From Candidatus Kaiserbacteria bacterium CG10_big_fil_rev_8_21_14_0_10_49_17 (GTDB lineage Bacteria; Patescibacteriota; Minisyncoccia; Phycocordibacterales; JABMNX01), in the NCBI GenBank assembly GCA_002778575.1, contig PFBJ01000004.1:2084-46550 (forward strand): 44,467 nucleotides of DNA, in the 5' to 3' direction. Of the stretch, positions 35,170 through 43,895 are shown piece after piece (positions within the stretch are counted from its first letter, which is position 1; each line of letters starts with the position of its first letter). Position numbers and translations under genes: made by a program. Under the pieces are notes generated by a model. That model did not search any database. It was not told the DNA's origin and worked only from the letters and a program-made list of their open reading frames with translations.

Positions 35170-37377
35170 GGCTACTTTCACGGCTTCCTCAAACTTAACT
35201 GACAGCAACTTGCTGACCCCGTCAGCCCCCATCGTGACACCGTAGAGTACGCCTGCGGTGCTCATTGTTTCGCGGTTATGCGTAATGAGGATGAGCTGGG
35301 TTTTCTTTGCAAGTTCGCGAATCATCTGCCCGTATTTGCGGGAGTTCGCCTCATCGAGCGCCGCGTCAGTCTCATCGAGAATAAGAAACGGTGGCGGATT
35401 CACCTGACTCATTGCAAAGAGAAGCGCAATTGAAGTAAGTGCTCGCTCGCCTCCGGAGAGCATTTCAAGACCTTTCACTTTTTTTCGAGGAAGGGAAATA
35501 GAGATATCAATACCCGTCTCGCTTTCTTCTTCTGGCACTTCTTCTAAAATAGCTGCATCACTGCGTCGGCGCTTTGGGGTGGCGCGTACGACCGAAAGCG
35601 ACGCCGTACCCCCGCCAAAGAGGATTTCAAAAAAATGCTGGAACTCTGAATTTATTTTTGCGATGCCGTCTTTAAACTGCGTCTCGAGTTCATCGGTGAG
35701 CGTCGTGATAAGTTCTTGCAGCGACTCAGCCGATTTCTCTAAATCTTCAATTTCCCGTACTAAAAACGCGTCGCGCTCTGTCGCCTCTTCATACTCCTTC
35801 ATTACATCCTCCCCAGAACCAGAGCAGTACTCCTCGAGGCGAATCTTTAGCCGCTCAATATCGCGCCGCCGCTCTTCCTGAATGTGCCGATCCTCTGCCT
35901 CGACGCTTTCATTTGAAATATGTTCATCAGTATACGAGAGGATATCTCTGCCGACAAGCACGACTCCCTCTTCCCTGTCGCGCTTAAACTCATCTACGAG
36001 ACGCGTAAGCTCTGATTCTTGCCGCTCGAGGTCACGCAGTACACTCTCTACCTCCTGTTTGCGGGTTGTGATACGAAACACTTCCCGCTCCGCCACTCGC
36101 TCTTCGTCTTTCCCTGCCTCAATTTCCTCTTTCAGTTCTGAATACGTCTTTGAAAGCTCGCCTTCTTTTTTTGAAAGACTCTCCAGTTTTTCTTCAATCG
36201 CGCTCTTTTCCTCTTGTAGCGCGGCGACTTCTGTGTCACCTTCAACACCTGCACCTCCACTTCGTCTCTCAGAGAGGAATGCCGCGACGCGCTCCTTAAT
36301 ACGGACAAGAAGCGAGCGGACAGTTGTAATCTCTGTCGCTGATTGCGCTTCAGAGAGTTCCGCTGAGACGCTTTCCATAAATGATTCGAGTTCTGAAAAC
36401 GGAACAGCGGAGATTGCAACTTTCTCCGCATGCCGTTTCGCAAAAGAGAGCTGCCCTTCGATGCGTCCAAGCTCTCGCGATAACGCATCACGCGAATTGC
36501 GTACCTCGGAGAGGGCGCGCTCAATCGAAAGCACTTCTTTGCTCTTTTCGTCTTCACCGCTACTGCTCTCAAGCACACGTCGAGCAGTGCTAAGTTCCCG
36601 CGTGAGCGATGCCAATTCATTTACTGGCTCGTTCTTTTCGGTTTTAATACGCTTTTCAAAAAGTGTGAGAAATATTTCTTCTCGCTTTAAATATTCACGG
36701 AGTTTACCCTTTAGCTCTTCGCGCATTTCGCGAGCTTTCTCGAGCTTCTTTACCTGATTGCTTAAAAATTTAATATGCGGCGCTATCTCTCGACGCAGTG
36801 ATTGCACCTGGGATATGTTTTCATTGGTCCGCTCGAGTTTCCGCTCGCTCTGTGCCAATTTGTAGTGGTACACCGTAAGTCCAAGAGCATCTTCAACGGC
36901 TTCACGCCGCTCTCGGAGGTTTGCGTTGAGAATCTTATCCGCCTCTCCTTGAGAGATGATGTGATGCCCTGAAGCGCCTATGTGTGCGCCGGCGAGGAGC
37001 TCGACCACATCCTTGAGGCGCACCGGCGAGCCATTGATGCGATACTCATTGCCGCCGTCACGGTGCACAATGCGCTCAATAGACACTTCGTCAAAATCGA
37101 CATCAAGGAGTCGTTTAGTATTATCAAACACTACTTTCACCGAACCGCGATTCATTCGTGCGATTGAGTGCGACCCTCCCCATATCAAATCCTCGCCTCT
37201 TTTGCTTCGCATGCTCTTCATGCTCTGCTCGCCGAGCACAAAGCGAAACCCTTCCGCCACATTACTTTTGCCTGACCCGTTTGGTCCCACAACAGCTGTA
37301 ATGGGCGCACTGAATTCCAATTCGCCTTTTTTTGCGAATGATTTAAAACCTGAAAGCTCGATACTCTTTAAATACAT
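35164..37377 (-). CDS. smc: Short SMC-family ATPase (737 aa)
   Basis: GFKSF, VGPNGSGKSN, ISQG Q-loop, LSGGE signature, ILDETDAALD, ITH; lies after rnc. Confidence 0.9.
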   Translation of the reverse strand: MYLKSIELSGFKSFAKKGELEFSAPITAVVGPNGSGKSNVAEGFRFVLGEQSMKSMRSKRGEDLIWGGSHSIARMNRGSVKVVFDNTKRLLDVDFDEVSIERIVHRDGGNEYRINGSPVRLKDVVELLAGAHIGASGHHIISQGEADKILNANLRERREAVEDALGLTVYHYKLAQSERKLERTNENISQVQSLRREIAPHIKFLSNQVKKLEKAREMREELKGKLREYLKREEIFLTLFEKRIKTEKNEPVNELASLTRELSTARRVLESSSGEDEKSKEVLSIERALSEVRNSRDALSRELGRIEGQLSFAKRHAEKVAISAVPFSELESFMESVSAELSEAQSATEITTVRSLLVRIKERVAAFLSERRSGGAGVEGDTEVAALQEEKSAIEEKLESLSKKEGELSKTYSELKEEIEAGKDEERVAEREVFRITTRKQEVESVLRDLERQESELTRLVDEFKRDREEGVVLVGRDILSYTDEHISNESVEAEDRHIQEERRRDIERLKIRLEEYCSGSGEDVMKEYEEATERDAFLVREIEDLEKSAESLQELITTLTDELETQFKDGIAKINSEFQHFFEILFGGGTASLSVVRATPKRRRSDAAILEEVPEEESETGIDISISLPRKKVKGLEMLSGGERALTSIALLFAMSQVNPPPFLILDETDAALDEANSRKYGQMIRELAKKTQLILITHNRETMSTAGVLYGVTMGADGVSKLLSVKFEEAVKVAK

Positions 37378-37395
37378 TGTCCGTATTGTACCAAA

Positions 37396-37483
37396 GAAAA
37401 AGACCCGCGCCGGAAGGCGCGGGCAAGGAGCAGGGAGAGTCACTTACGGGAGGTTGCGGGCAATCGTCTGGGAAATCGCCTGC
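37396..37483 (-). ncRNA. Candidate ~90-nt small RNA (or micro-ORF transcript) between rnc and smc
   Basis: TGgTATGCT -10 at 37490-37495; 5' GCAGG can pair with CCTGC; ends in CCCGCGCC-ttcc-GGCGCGGG-TCTTTTT terminator. Confidence 0.4.
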
Positions 37484-37504
37484 ACATACAGCATACCACA
37501 CACA

Positions 37505-38197
37505 CTACTGCCAGCCCTTCTTTTCTATCCCCGCCTCAGCGGCGGCCTGCTCGGCTTCTTGTTTGCTCTTCCCGCCACCGCGAGCAACTTCCTCACGACC
37601 GAGAAATACGCCGATAACAAATTCCTTATCGTGATCCGGCCCACTTTCTCGGATAACACGATACTCTGGTGTTGTATTCTCTTGTTCTTGTGCTTTTTCT
37701 TGGAACCTGCTCTTCGCGTCCTGCCAGAGCCGCCCCTCCACAATTTCTTCCGTGCGACCAACGAGGGTCCGTGTTATGAATCCTGCGGCAGCATCGTAGC
37801 CTTGATCTATGTAAATTGCACCGATAACCGCCTCAAATGCATTTGCTAAAATATACTGCCGTGCGCGTCCAGTGTCGCGCGCCTCGCCTTTTGAGAGTAA
37901 GAGATGTTCATTGATGTTTATCTCCTGAGCCGCTGTAGCAAGGGAAATAGTATTGACCAACGCGGCGCGTACCGCTGTAAGTTCCCCCTCGGTCTTCTCG
38001 GGATATTTTCTAAACAGATAGTCCGTTACCGCCAATTCAAGTACCGCGTCTCCGAGAAATTCGAGGCGCTCGTTATGCTCGAGGTTCGCGTCACGGTGCT
38101 CATTGATGTACGAGCGGTGTGTGAGCGCGGTGCGCAAAAGTGAGGCGTCATCAAACGTGACACCTATGGAAGATTCGAAGTCATTTTTCTCGTTCAT
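37505..38197 (-). CDS. rnc: Ribonuclease III
   Basis: ALTHRSY, NERLEFLGDAVL, dsRBD with GPDH. Confidence 0.98.
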   Translation of the reverse strand: MNEKNDFESSIGVTFDDASLLRTALTHRSYINEHRDANLEHNERLEFLGDAVLELAVTDYLFRKYPEKTEGELTAVRAALVNTISLATAAQEININEHLLLSKGEARDTGRARQYILANAFEAVIGAIYIDQGYDAAAGFITRTLVGRTEEIVEGRLWQDAKSRFQEKAQEQENTTPEYRVIRESGPDHDKEFVIGVFLGREEVARGGGKSKQEAEQAAAEAGIEKKGWQ

Positions 38198-39114
38198 TTC
38201 TCCGGTTTAGAATTCGTTACCAGTATATTAATTGCTTTTGTGATGATGGGGAGAATATCATCATAGAAATTAAGTTCAAGAATATCAGAAAGCTTGAACC
38301 ATTTTGCGTCATCGAGGCCGCCTTTATCTTCCGCAAGGTGAAGCTCAACAAACGGCGCCTCTGCGAGGTGGTAAATGACTTGCTTGCGCACCTTGCCTTC
38401 CTCAGGCTTTGTCGCAATGTACTCATTCTTACCGAGTCGTTCACCGACAGTAGCCTCAACCCCTATTTCATCCTTAAGCGAACGGGCAATACCTTCCTTG
38501 ATATCCTCCTTTTCATCAATATGTCCTTTCGAGAGTGTCCAGTGTCCGAAAACGTCGTGGACAAGCGCAAGAAAAACATCCTCGCCGTCTCGGGCAAAAA
38601 CGACAGCGCCGCCGAGCCGCTCAATTGGCATTTTCTCGTACGACACTTCTTCTTTTTTTCGTTTCGAGATTTCGTTTTTCCCCGGCTCGCCTATTTCTTT
38701 GTACACTGCCCCCAAGACGCCATTAACGAACCGACCGCTGTTCTCCCCTCCGAATGTCTTCGCAAGTTCGATCGCCTCATTAATAGCTACTTTTGCTGGT
38801 ACCTCTTTCCTGTCCGCAAATAACAACTCCGAGAGTCCGAGCCGAAGGATATTCCTGTCGACGACAGATATTTTATCTACCGGCCACTCGGGAGCGGCCT
38901 TTTCTATGATTGCATCAAGCTCTGCGCGCTTGCTGAGCACCGTCTCAAGAAGCTGCTTCATAAATGAAATATCACTCATACCAGGAGCAAACTCCTGGAC
39001 ATTCCGGATGAGAGTCTCATCTAGCTCCGTACCTTTTGCGTCAAATTTCTCGTCAAAGTCCAACTCGAAAAGGGTCTGGAGCACAATTGATCGTGAAAGG
39101 TGCCTATTGGCCAT
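38194..39114 (-). CDS. nusB: Transcription antitermination factor NusB fused to a C-terminal Nudix-like domain
   Basis: MANRHLSR, VDRNILRLG, VAINEAIELAKTFG, FVNGVLG; then GGAVVF...WTLSKGH...EIG...KWF. Confidence 0.93.
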   Translation of the reverse strand: MANRHLSRSIVLQTLFELDFDEKFDAKGTELDETLIRNVQEFAPGMSDISFMKQLLETVLSKRAELDAIIEKAAPEWPVDKISVVDRNILRLGLSELLFADRKEVPAKVAINEAIELAKTFGGENSGRFVNGVLGAVYKEIGEPGKNEISKRKKEEVSYEKMPIERLGGAVVFARDGEDVFLALVHDVFGHWTLSKGHIDEKEDIKEGIARSLKDEIGVEATVGERLGKNEYIATKPEEGKVRKQVIYHLAEAPFVELHLAEDKGGLDDAKWFKLSDILELNFYDDILPIITKAINILVTNSKPEK

Positions 39115-39139
39115 GTGTAATGTGCTTTTTTTTTACGCG

Positions 39140-39433
39140 CTACTTTTCCTGCGAAGCTTTTACCTCCTCTTCTGGTGCCGGGGTTTTGCTGTCCTCTATC
39201 CCCGCTTCACGGAGAGCTTCTTTGCGCGCCTCTGCCTTCGCAGCTTTTTTCTCTGCGGCAGCGGCTACATCGACAACAATGCGTCCACGGTACTGCCCAC
39301 AATTGCCGCACACACGGTGCCGCAGGTGCGTAGCGTTACAATTGCCGCACACCGAGAGCCGCGCATCAACGAGCGCGTGGTGTGAACGGCGATTATTGCG
39401 ATGTGAGCGCGTTACGCGCATTCGACTCGACAT
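39140..39433 (-). CDS. rpmF: 50S ribosomal protein L32 with charged C-terminal extension
   Basis: RSHRNNRRSH, CGNC...HRVCGNCGQYRGR; TATACT 6 nt upstream of ATG 39433. Confidence 0.93.
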   Translation of the reverse strand: MSSRMRVTRSHRNNRRSHHALVDARLSVCGNCNATHLRHRVCGNCGQYRGRIVVDVAAAAEKKAAKAEARKEALREAGIEDSKTPAPEEEVKASQEK

Positions 39434-39585
39434 GGCCCAAGTATACAAATAATTCCAAAATTGGCAACAAATAAAGGTTCCTCGGGGCGAGCCTCGAGAT
39501 AGTGAACCTGTATTAGCTCCTCGGCTCGGAAATATAAAACTTCGCTTTTGTATTTCACTCGCACTACGTCGCAAATAAGCGCCGG

Positions 39586-39819
39586 CTATAGCCGGCGCCT
39601 TCGAATTTGAGGTTTCTTCTTCTTTCGCTCCCAGTGTTCGCATGCGCTCGTATCGTTTGAGTATGGGCGCCCCTTCGGACATCCGGGAAATATACACTCC
39701 ACTCGTGCAGTTGATTCGGTGCCGATTCCATTGAAACGACAGTTCTCGCACGATGGGTTTGAGTCTAGCGCTGGCTTCAGTTTCGCCTCACGCCGATGGT
39801 AGAGTCCTGCTAAGGACAT
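39586..39819 (-). CDS. Small Cys-rich putative metal-binding protein (77 aa)
   Basis: CENC...CIFPGC...CEHW; G-rich SD; stop lies within a 20-bp palindrome (39579-39598) followed by T-rich sequence. Confidence 0.55.
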   Translation of the reverse strand: MSLAGLYHRREAKLKPALDSNPSCENCRFNGIGTESTARVECIFPGCPKGRPYSNDTSACEHWERKKKKPQIRRRRL

Positions 39820-39872
39820 GCGTTTCCCCCAATTCTTTCTTTTTGAACAACTAGTGACAAAATGTACTGTAT

Positions 39873-40460
39873 TTATTTGTTCATGTCAAAATGACAAAAG
39901 CTCTTTCGGTGGATAGCACAGAGTCCATACCGCTCAATTGCTTTTCGATGTGCCGCTGTCCCGTACCCTTTATGCCTTTCAAATCCATACTCAGGGTACT
40001 GCACAGCAACGCGAGTCATTTTTCTGTCGCGCATAACTTTCGCCACAACACTTGCAGCCGCAATGACCGCTTCCCTGTCTTCCCCCCGCACAATTGTCTC
40101 CTGTTTTTTATACTGTTCGGGTGCATAGAGGCCCCCATCAAGATACACATTGCATTCCTCTTTACTGTGCGCAACTTTTTTCAGCGCCCGCATGAGTGCG
40201 GTTTGAATAGACGGCACAATGCCGTTTGTATCAATCTGCTTTGAACCCACAAATGCGACGTGCCACTCTACCTCTCCCTGATTGCGCAAGAGAGTGAGTG
40301 CTTCTAGCCACTCTTCTCGCTTCTTAGCTGTCAGTTTTTTCGAGTCTTTAATTCCAGCCAAAAGCGGCTCATTTTTCTCTGGTATGGCAAATACGCACAC
40401 TGCGACAGGTCCTGCCAAAGGGCCACGTCCCACTTCATCTATGCCGATTCGATACTGCAT
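39873..40460 (-). CDS. rnhB: Ribonuclease HII
   Basis: GIDEVGRGPLAGPV, DSKKL, IAAASVVAKV.RD, HKGYGT, HRKSF. Confidence 0.97.
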   Translation of the reverse strand: MQYRIGIDEVGRGPLAGPVAVCVFAIPEKNEPLLAGIKDSKKLTAKKREEWLEALTLLRNQGEVEWHVAFVGSKQIDTNGIVPSIQTALMRALKKVAHSKEECNVYLDGGLYAPEQYKKQETIVRGEDREAVIAAASVVAKVMRDRKMTRVAVQYPEYGFERHKGYGTAAHRKAIERYGLCAIHRKSFCHFDMNK

Positions 40461-40515
40461 CATCCCTATTATACGCATCAAGGCGCATTCTCGATTCTGC
40501 TATACTAGAGGGGCC

Positions 40516-43500
40516 ATGGCTGCGAAATTCGTACACCCCAGTACCATTCCCTCACTGTACTCGGGAAGCTACGGGGCAGGCCTCACACCCCACACTATGA
40601 CTAAGTTTATACACCTACACACACATAGTCATTATTCTCTCCTTAATGCACTTCCGAAAATTCCGGAGCTTATTGAAGCGGCTGTAAAAGACGAGATGCC
40701 GGCGCTTGCGCTTACTGACAACGGCAATCTCTACGGCGCAATCGAGTTTTACCAGAAATGCCAGAAGGCGGGTATCAAACCAATTATTGGAATTGATGCG
40801 TATGTGGCGCCGCGCACCCGCTTTGATAAAGAAAATAGAATAGATAATCGCTGGAGCAGGCTCGTACTCCTCGCTGAAAATGGGGCAGGGTACAAGAACC
40901 TCATTAAACTCGTAACCGATAGCCACCTTGAAGGCTTTTACTACAAACCGAGAGTGGACCGGGAACTGCTTGAGAAATACAAAGACGGACTCATCGCCAT
41001 ACTCCCTTCCTTTGCAAGTGAAATCTCCCGCGCTCTTAAAGATAGTGAGCAGGAACGAGCGCAAGAAGCGCTTGCGTGGTATCAAAAAAATTACGGAAAG
41101 GAAAATCTCTTTGCAGAAATTACCCACCACCCGGAAGTCGACGGACATGAAGAGCTCATGCAGAAAATACGTGCTCTCTACGAAGAAAACGGCATTCCTC
41201 TTGTTGCCGCACACGACACGTACTATCTCAAACCGGAAGACAGGCTTGCGAGAGAGACCATGGTCCGCATTCAAAGCAATGCCGGCACTCCGACAGACCG
41301 AAACGAAGACTTCTCATTTATTACGCAGAAGGAAGCGTGCAAACGATTTAAAGGAGATGAAAAACTGCTTGCACGGACACTCGAAATTGCAGAGCGCTGC
41401 AATGTGGAAATTGAAATGAAGTGGCAATTTCCAAACTACATTATTGAAAGCCGCAGAACTCCCGATGAAGAATTGCGCCACCATGCATGTGAAGGAGTAA
41501 CGCGCCGTTCTCTCTCGCTCGCTGACCCGGTTATTAAGGAGCGCCTTGAGTACGAACTAGAAGTGATTAAGCAGAAAGGCTACGCCACCTATTTTTTGGT
41601 TGTTGGCGATCTCCTGCGCGAAGCGCACGAACGGGGCATACTCACCACTATTCGCGGATCGGTCGCGGGCTCCTTAACGACATACGTGCTTGGTATCACA
41701 AATGTAAACCCGATTGAATACAAATTACCGTTTGAGCGGTTCCTCAACCCGGAACGCCCATCGGCACCGGATATCGATATGGACTTTGCCGATAATCGTC
41801 GCGATGAGATTATCCAGTACGCGCGGGAGAAGTATGGCGAAGACAAGGTGGCGCAGATTGGAACATTCGGAACAATGATGGCACGCGGCTCGGTGCGCGA
41901 TGTCGCCCGCGCTCTCGGGCACGCGTACGGCCTTGGGGATAGGATTGCAAAAATGATTCCATTCGGCTCACAAGGGTTTCCGATGACTATTAGCAAGGCG
42001 CTTGAAATGGTGCCGGAGTTGAAACAGGCATACCGCGCCGACGATGAAGTGAAGGAGGTGCTTGATCTGGCGATGAAGATTGAAGGGTGTGCGCGCCACA
42101 TCGGGGTGCACGCCGCAGGCGTCGTCATTTCCCCCACACCACTTACTGATTACGTGCCGCTGCAGTACGACCCGAAGGGCGGAAAGCTTGTCACGCAGTA
42201 CAACATGCACTCCGTGGGCGAGGACGGAGTTGGCCTTTTGAAATTCGACTTTCTCGGCATCACAAATCTCGCTATCCTCGCTGATGCAGTTGAGCGCGTC
42301 GAGGCTATTCAGGGAATAGCAGTTGATATTGAAAACATTCCGCTTGATGACACCAAGACATTTGAAATGCTCGCGCGGGGGGAGACAATGGGTCTCTTCC
42401 AACTAAACGGCTCGGGTATGACACACTTCCTTAAGGAGCTTAAACCCTCAAGCATCCACGACATTAATGCCATGGTTGCCCTCTACCGTCCGGGACCGAT
42501 GGACGTGATACCCGAGTACATTGCACGTAAAAATAATCCCGCGCTCGTTAATTACCCAGACCCTCGCATGGAGCCGTACTTGCAGGAATCCTACGGCCTC
42601 ATTGTCTACCAGGATGACCTCCTCTTCTCTGCTATTGAACTTGCGGGCTACACGTGGCTTGAAGCAGATAAGTTCAGAAAGGCAGTGGGGAAGAAAATTC
42701 CTGAAGAGATGGCGGCTCAGAAGGAAAAATTTATAGAAGGAGTTATTGAGCACGGGCGCGATAAAACGTTCGCTGAGAAAATGTGGAAACTTTTCGAACC
42801 GTTCCAGGCGTACGGATTCAATAAGGCGCACGCGGCAAGTTATGGGAAGGTGGCGTACCAGACAGCGTATATGAAAGCGAATTTTCCGCTTGAGTACATG
42901 TCTGCGGTCTTGACCGCCGACGGGGGCGACGTTGATAAAATTGCAGAGGGGATTTCCGAATGTACACGGATGGGCATTGAGGTACTGCCGCCGGATGTCA
43001 ATGAAAGCTTCGGAGACTTCTCCGTGGTTCCCAATGCCAAGAGCCCGACAATTCGATTTGGTCTCTACTCAATAAAAAACTTCGGTACCGGTATTGCTGA
43101 TAGCATCATTGCTGAGAGGAAGAAAAACGGCAAGTTCACGTCTTTGGCAAACTTTCTGGAGCGCGTACATGACAAGAACATTAATCGTAAGTCGCTTGAA
43201 TCCCTGATTAAGAGCGGCGCACTTGATCACTTTGGCGAGCGCGGAGTCATGCTTGCCGGCATTGAACGTGCCCTCTCTTATGCACGCGAGTTTGCGCAAC
43301 AGCCTGATAATCAGGATTCGCTCTTTGGCTCCCTTCCTGAAACAGGCGTGGAATCAAATCTCGAACTTCCCAAGGTAGAGCCAATATCCATGCGCGAACA
43401 GCTTGCATGGGAGAGAGAGCTCCTCGGCCTCTATGTCTCAGGACATCCGCTTGATGAGCATAAAGAGAAACTAAATCGCTTAAAGGCAGACATAAAAAAG

Positions 43501-43767
43501 ACGAAAGAAAGTGTTCGCGAAGGGGTTGAAACTGTGATTGGTGGTATTGTCGAAGACTCAAAAGTTATCCTCACAAAAAGCGGCGAGCAAATGGCATTCC
43601 TGCGCATTGCTGACTTTTCCGACACATTGGAAGTCGTTATCTTTCCGAGACTCTTTACTGCGCATAAAGACCTCTTTGCGCTGGAGAAATGTATTGCTAT
43701 CAAAGGGCGCCTCAGTAATAGGAATGGCGAGCAGAGCATGGTCGCCGAGGCAGTGAAGGCGCTCTAA
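40516..43767 (+). CDS. dnaE: DNA polymerase III alpha subunit (start 40516 or 40597)
   Basis: PHP HLHTHSHYSLL, RGSVAGS, FERFLNPERPSAPDIDMD, HAAG, KFDFLG, YGFNKAHAASY, OB-fold C-terminus. Confidence 0.98.
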   Translation: MAAKFVHPSTIPSLYSGSYGAGLTPHTMTKFIHLHTHSHYSLLNALPKIPELIEAAVKDEMPALALTDNGNLYGAIEFYQKCQKAGIKPIIGIDAYVAPRTRFDKENRIDNRWSRLVLLAENGAGYKNLIKLVTDSHLEGFYYKPRVDRELLEKYKDGLIAILPSFASEISRALKDSEQERAQEALAWYQKNYGKENLFAEITHHPEVDGHEELMQKIRALYEENGIPLVAAHDTYYLKPEDRLARETMVRIQSNAGTPTDRNEDFSFITQKEACKRFKGDEKLLARTLEIAERCNVEIEMKWQFPNYIIESRRTPDEELRHHACEGVTRRSLSLADPVIKERLEYELEVIKQKGYATYFLVVGDLLREAHERGILTTIRGSVAGSLTTYVLGITNVNPIEYKLPFERFLNPERPSAPDIDMDFADNRRDEIIQYAREKYGEDKVAQIGTFGTMMARGSVRDVARALGHAYGLGDRIAKMIPFGSQGFPMTISKALEMVPELKQAYRADDEVKEVLDLAMKIEGCARHIGVHAAGVVISPTPLTDYVPLQYDPKGGKLVTQYNMHSVGEDGVGLLKFDFLGITNLAILADAVERVEAIQGIAVDIENIPLDDTKTFEMLARGETMGLFQLNGSGMTHFLKELKPSSIHDINAMVALYRPGPMDVIPEYIARKNNPALVNYPDPRMEPYLQESYGLIVYQDDLLFSAIELAGYTWLEADKFRKAVGKKIPEEMAAQKEKFIEGVIEHGRDKTFAEKMWKLFEPFQAYGFNKAHAASYGKVAYQTAYMKANFPLEYMSAVLTADGGDVDKIAEGISECTRMGIEVLPPDVNESFGDFSVVPNAKSPTIRFGLYSIKNFGTGIADSIIAERKKNGKFTSLANFLERVHDKNINRKSLESLIKSGALDHFGERGVMLAGIERALSYAREFAQQPDNQDSLFGSLPETGVESNLELPKVEPISMREQLAWERELLGLYVSGHPLDEHKEKLNRLKADIKKTKESVREGVETVIGGIVEDSKVILTKSGEQMAFLRIADFSDTLEVVIFPRLFTAHKDLFALEKCIAIKGRLSNRNGEQSMVAEAVKAL
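40537..40580. mobile_element. Putative 44-45-bp hairpin insertion (CCCAGTA...CTACGGGGCAGG) in the dnaE 5' end
   Basis: Same termini as 32896-33005; internal TTCCC/GGGAA pairing; reading frame stays open. Confidence 0.55.
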
Positions 43768-43778
43768 CTTAAATAGTA

Positions 43779-43806
43779 ATCAACTCAATCACATGACCGA
43801 GTCGAT
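43779..43806. repeat. REP-like palindrome copy 3 (degenerate)
   Basis: ATCAACTCAATCACATGACCGAGTCGAT; 22/28 identical to 18971-18998 by manual alignment. Confidence 0.7.
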
Positions 43807-43822
43807 CTTTAACTACAAATAC

Positions 43823-43863
43823 TCCAATATATTGGATAGTTTGTTCAATATATTGAACAAACT
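43823..43863. promoter_or_regulatory. Tandem palindromes sharing a CAATATATTG core (operator-like)
   Basis: TCCAATATATTGGA (43823-43836) and AGTTTGTTCAATATATTGAACAAACT (43838-43863). Confidence 0.5.
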
Positions 43864-43895
43864 GGTTTTACCCCCGCTAAGCCACTACTAATGAC

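Noticed and set aside
37401-37440. SRP (4.5S) RNA because of CCGGAAGG...AGCAG on the plus strand
   Set aside because: The GGAA loop closes a perfect GC stem without the SRP internal loops, and the hairpin reads as a minus-strand terminator.
35579-39385. Long plus-strand ORFs (35882-36757, 36980-37849, 38375-39385)
   Set aside because: Antisense shadows of smc, rnc and nusB; Ser-rich, with no recognisable motifs.
39434-39751. 203-aa version of L32, and similar upstream extensions of rpoC, rpoB, hisS, smc and dnaE (40282) in the ORF track
   Set aside because: Conserved N-termini and, for most, -10 boxes point to downstream starts; the extensions cross hairpins or neighbouring genes.
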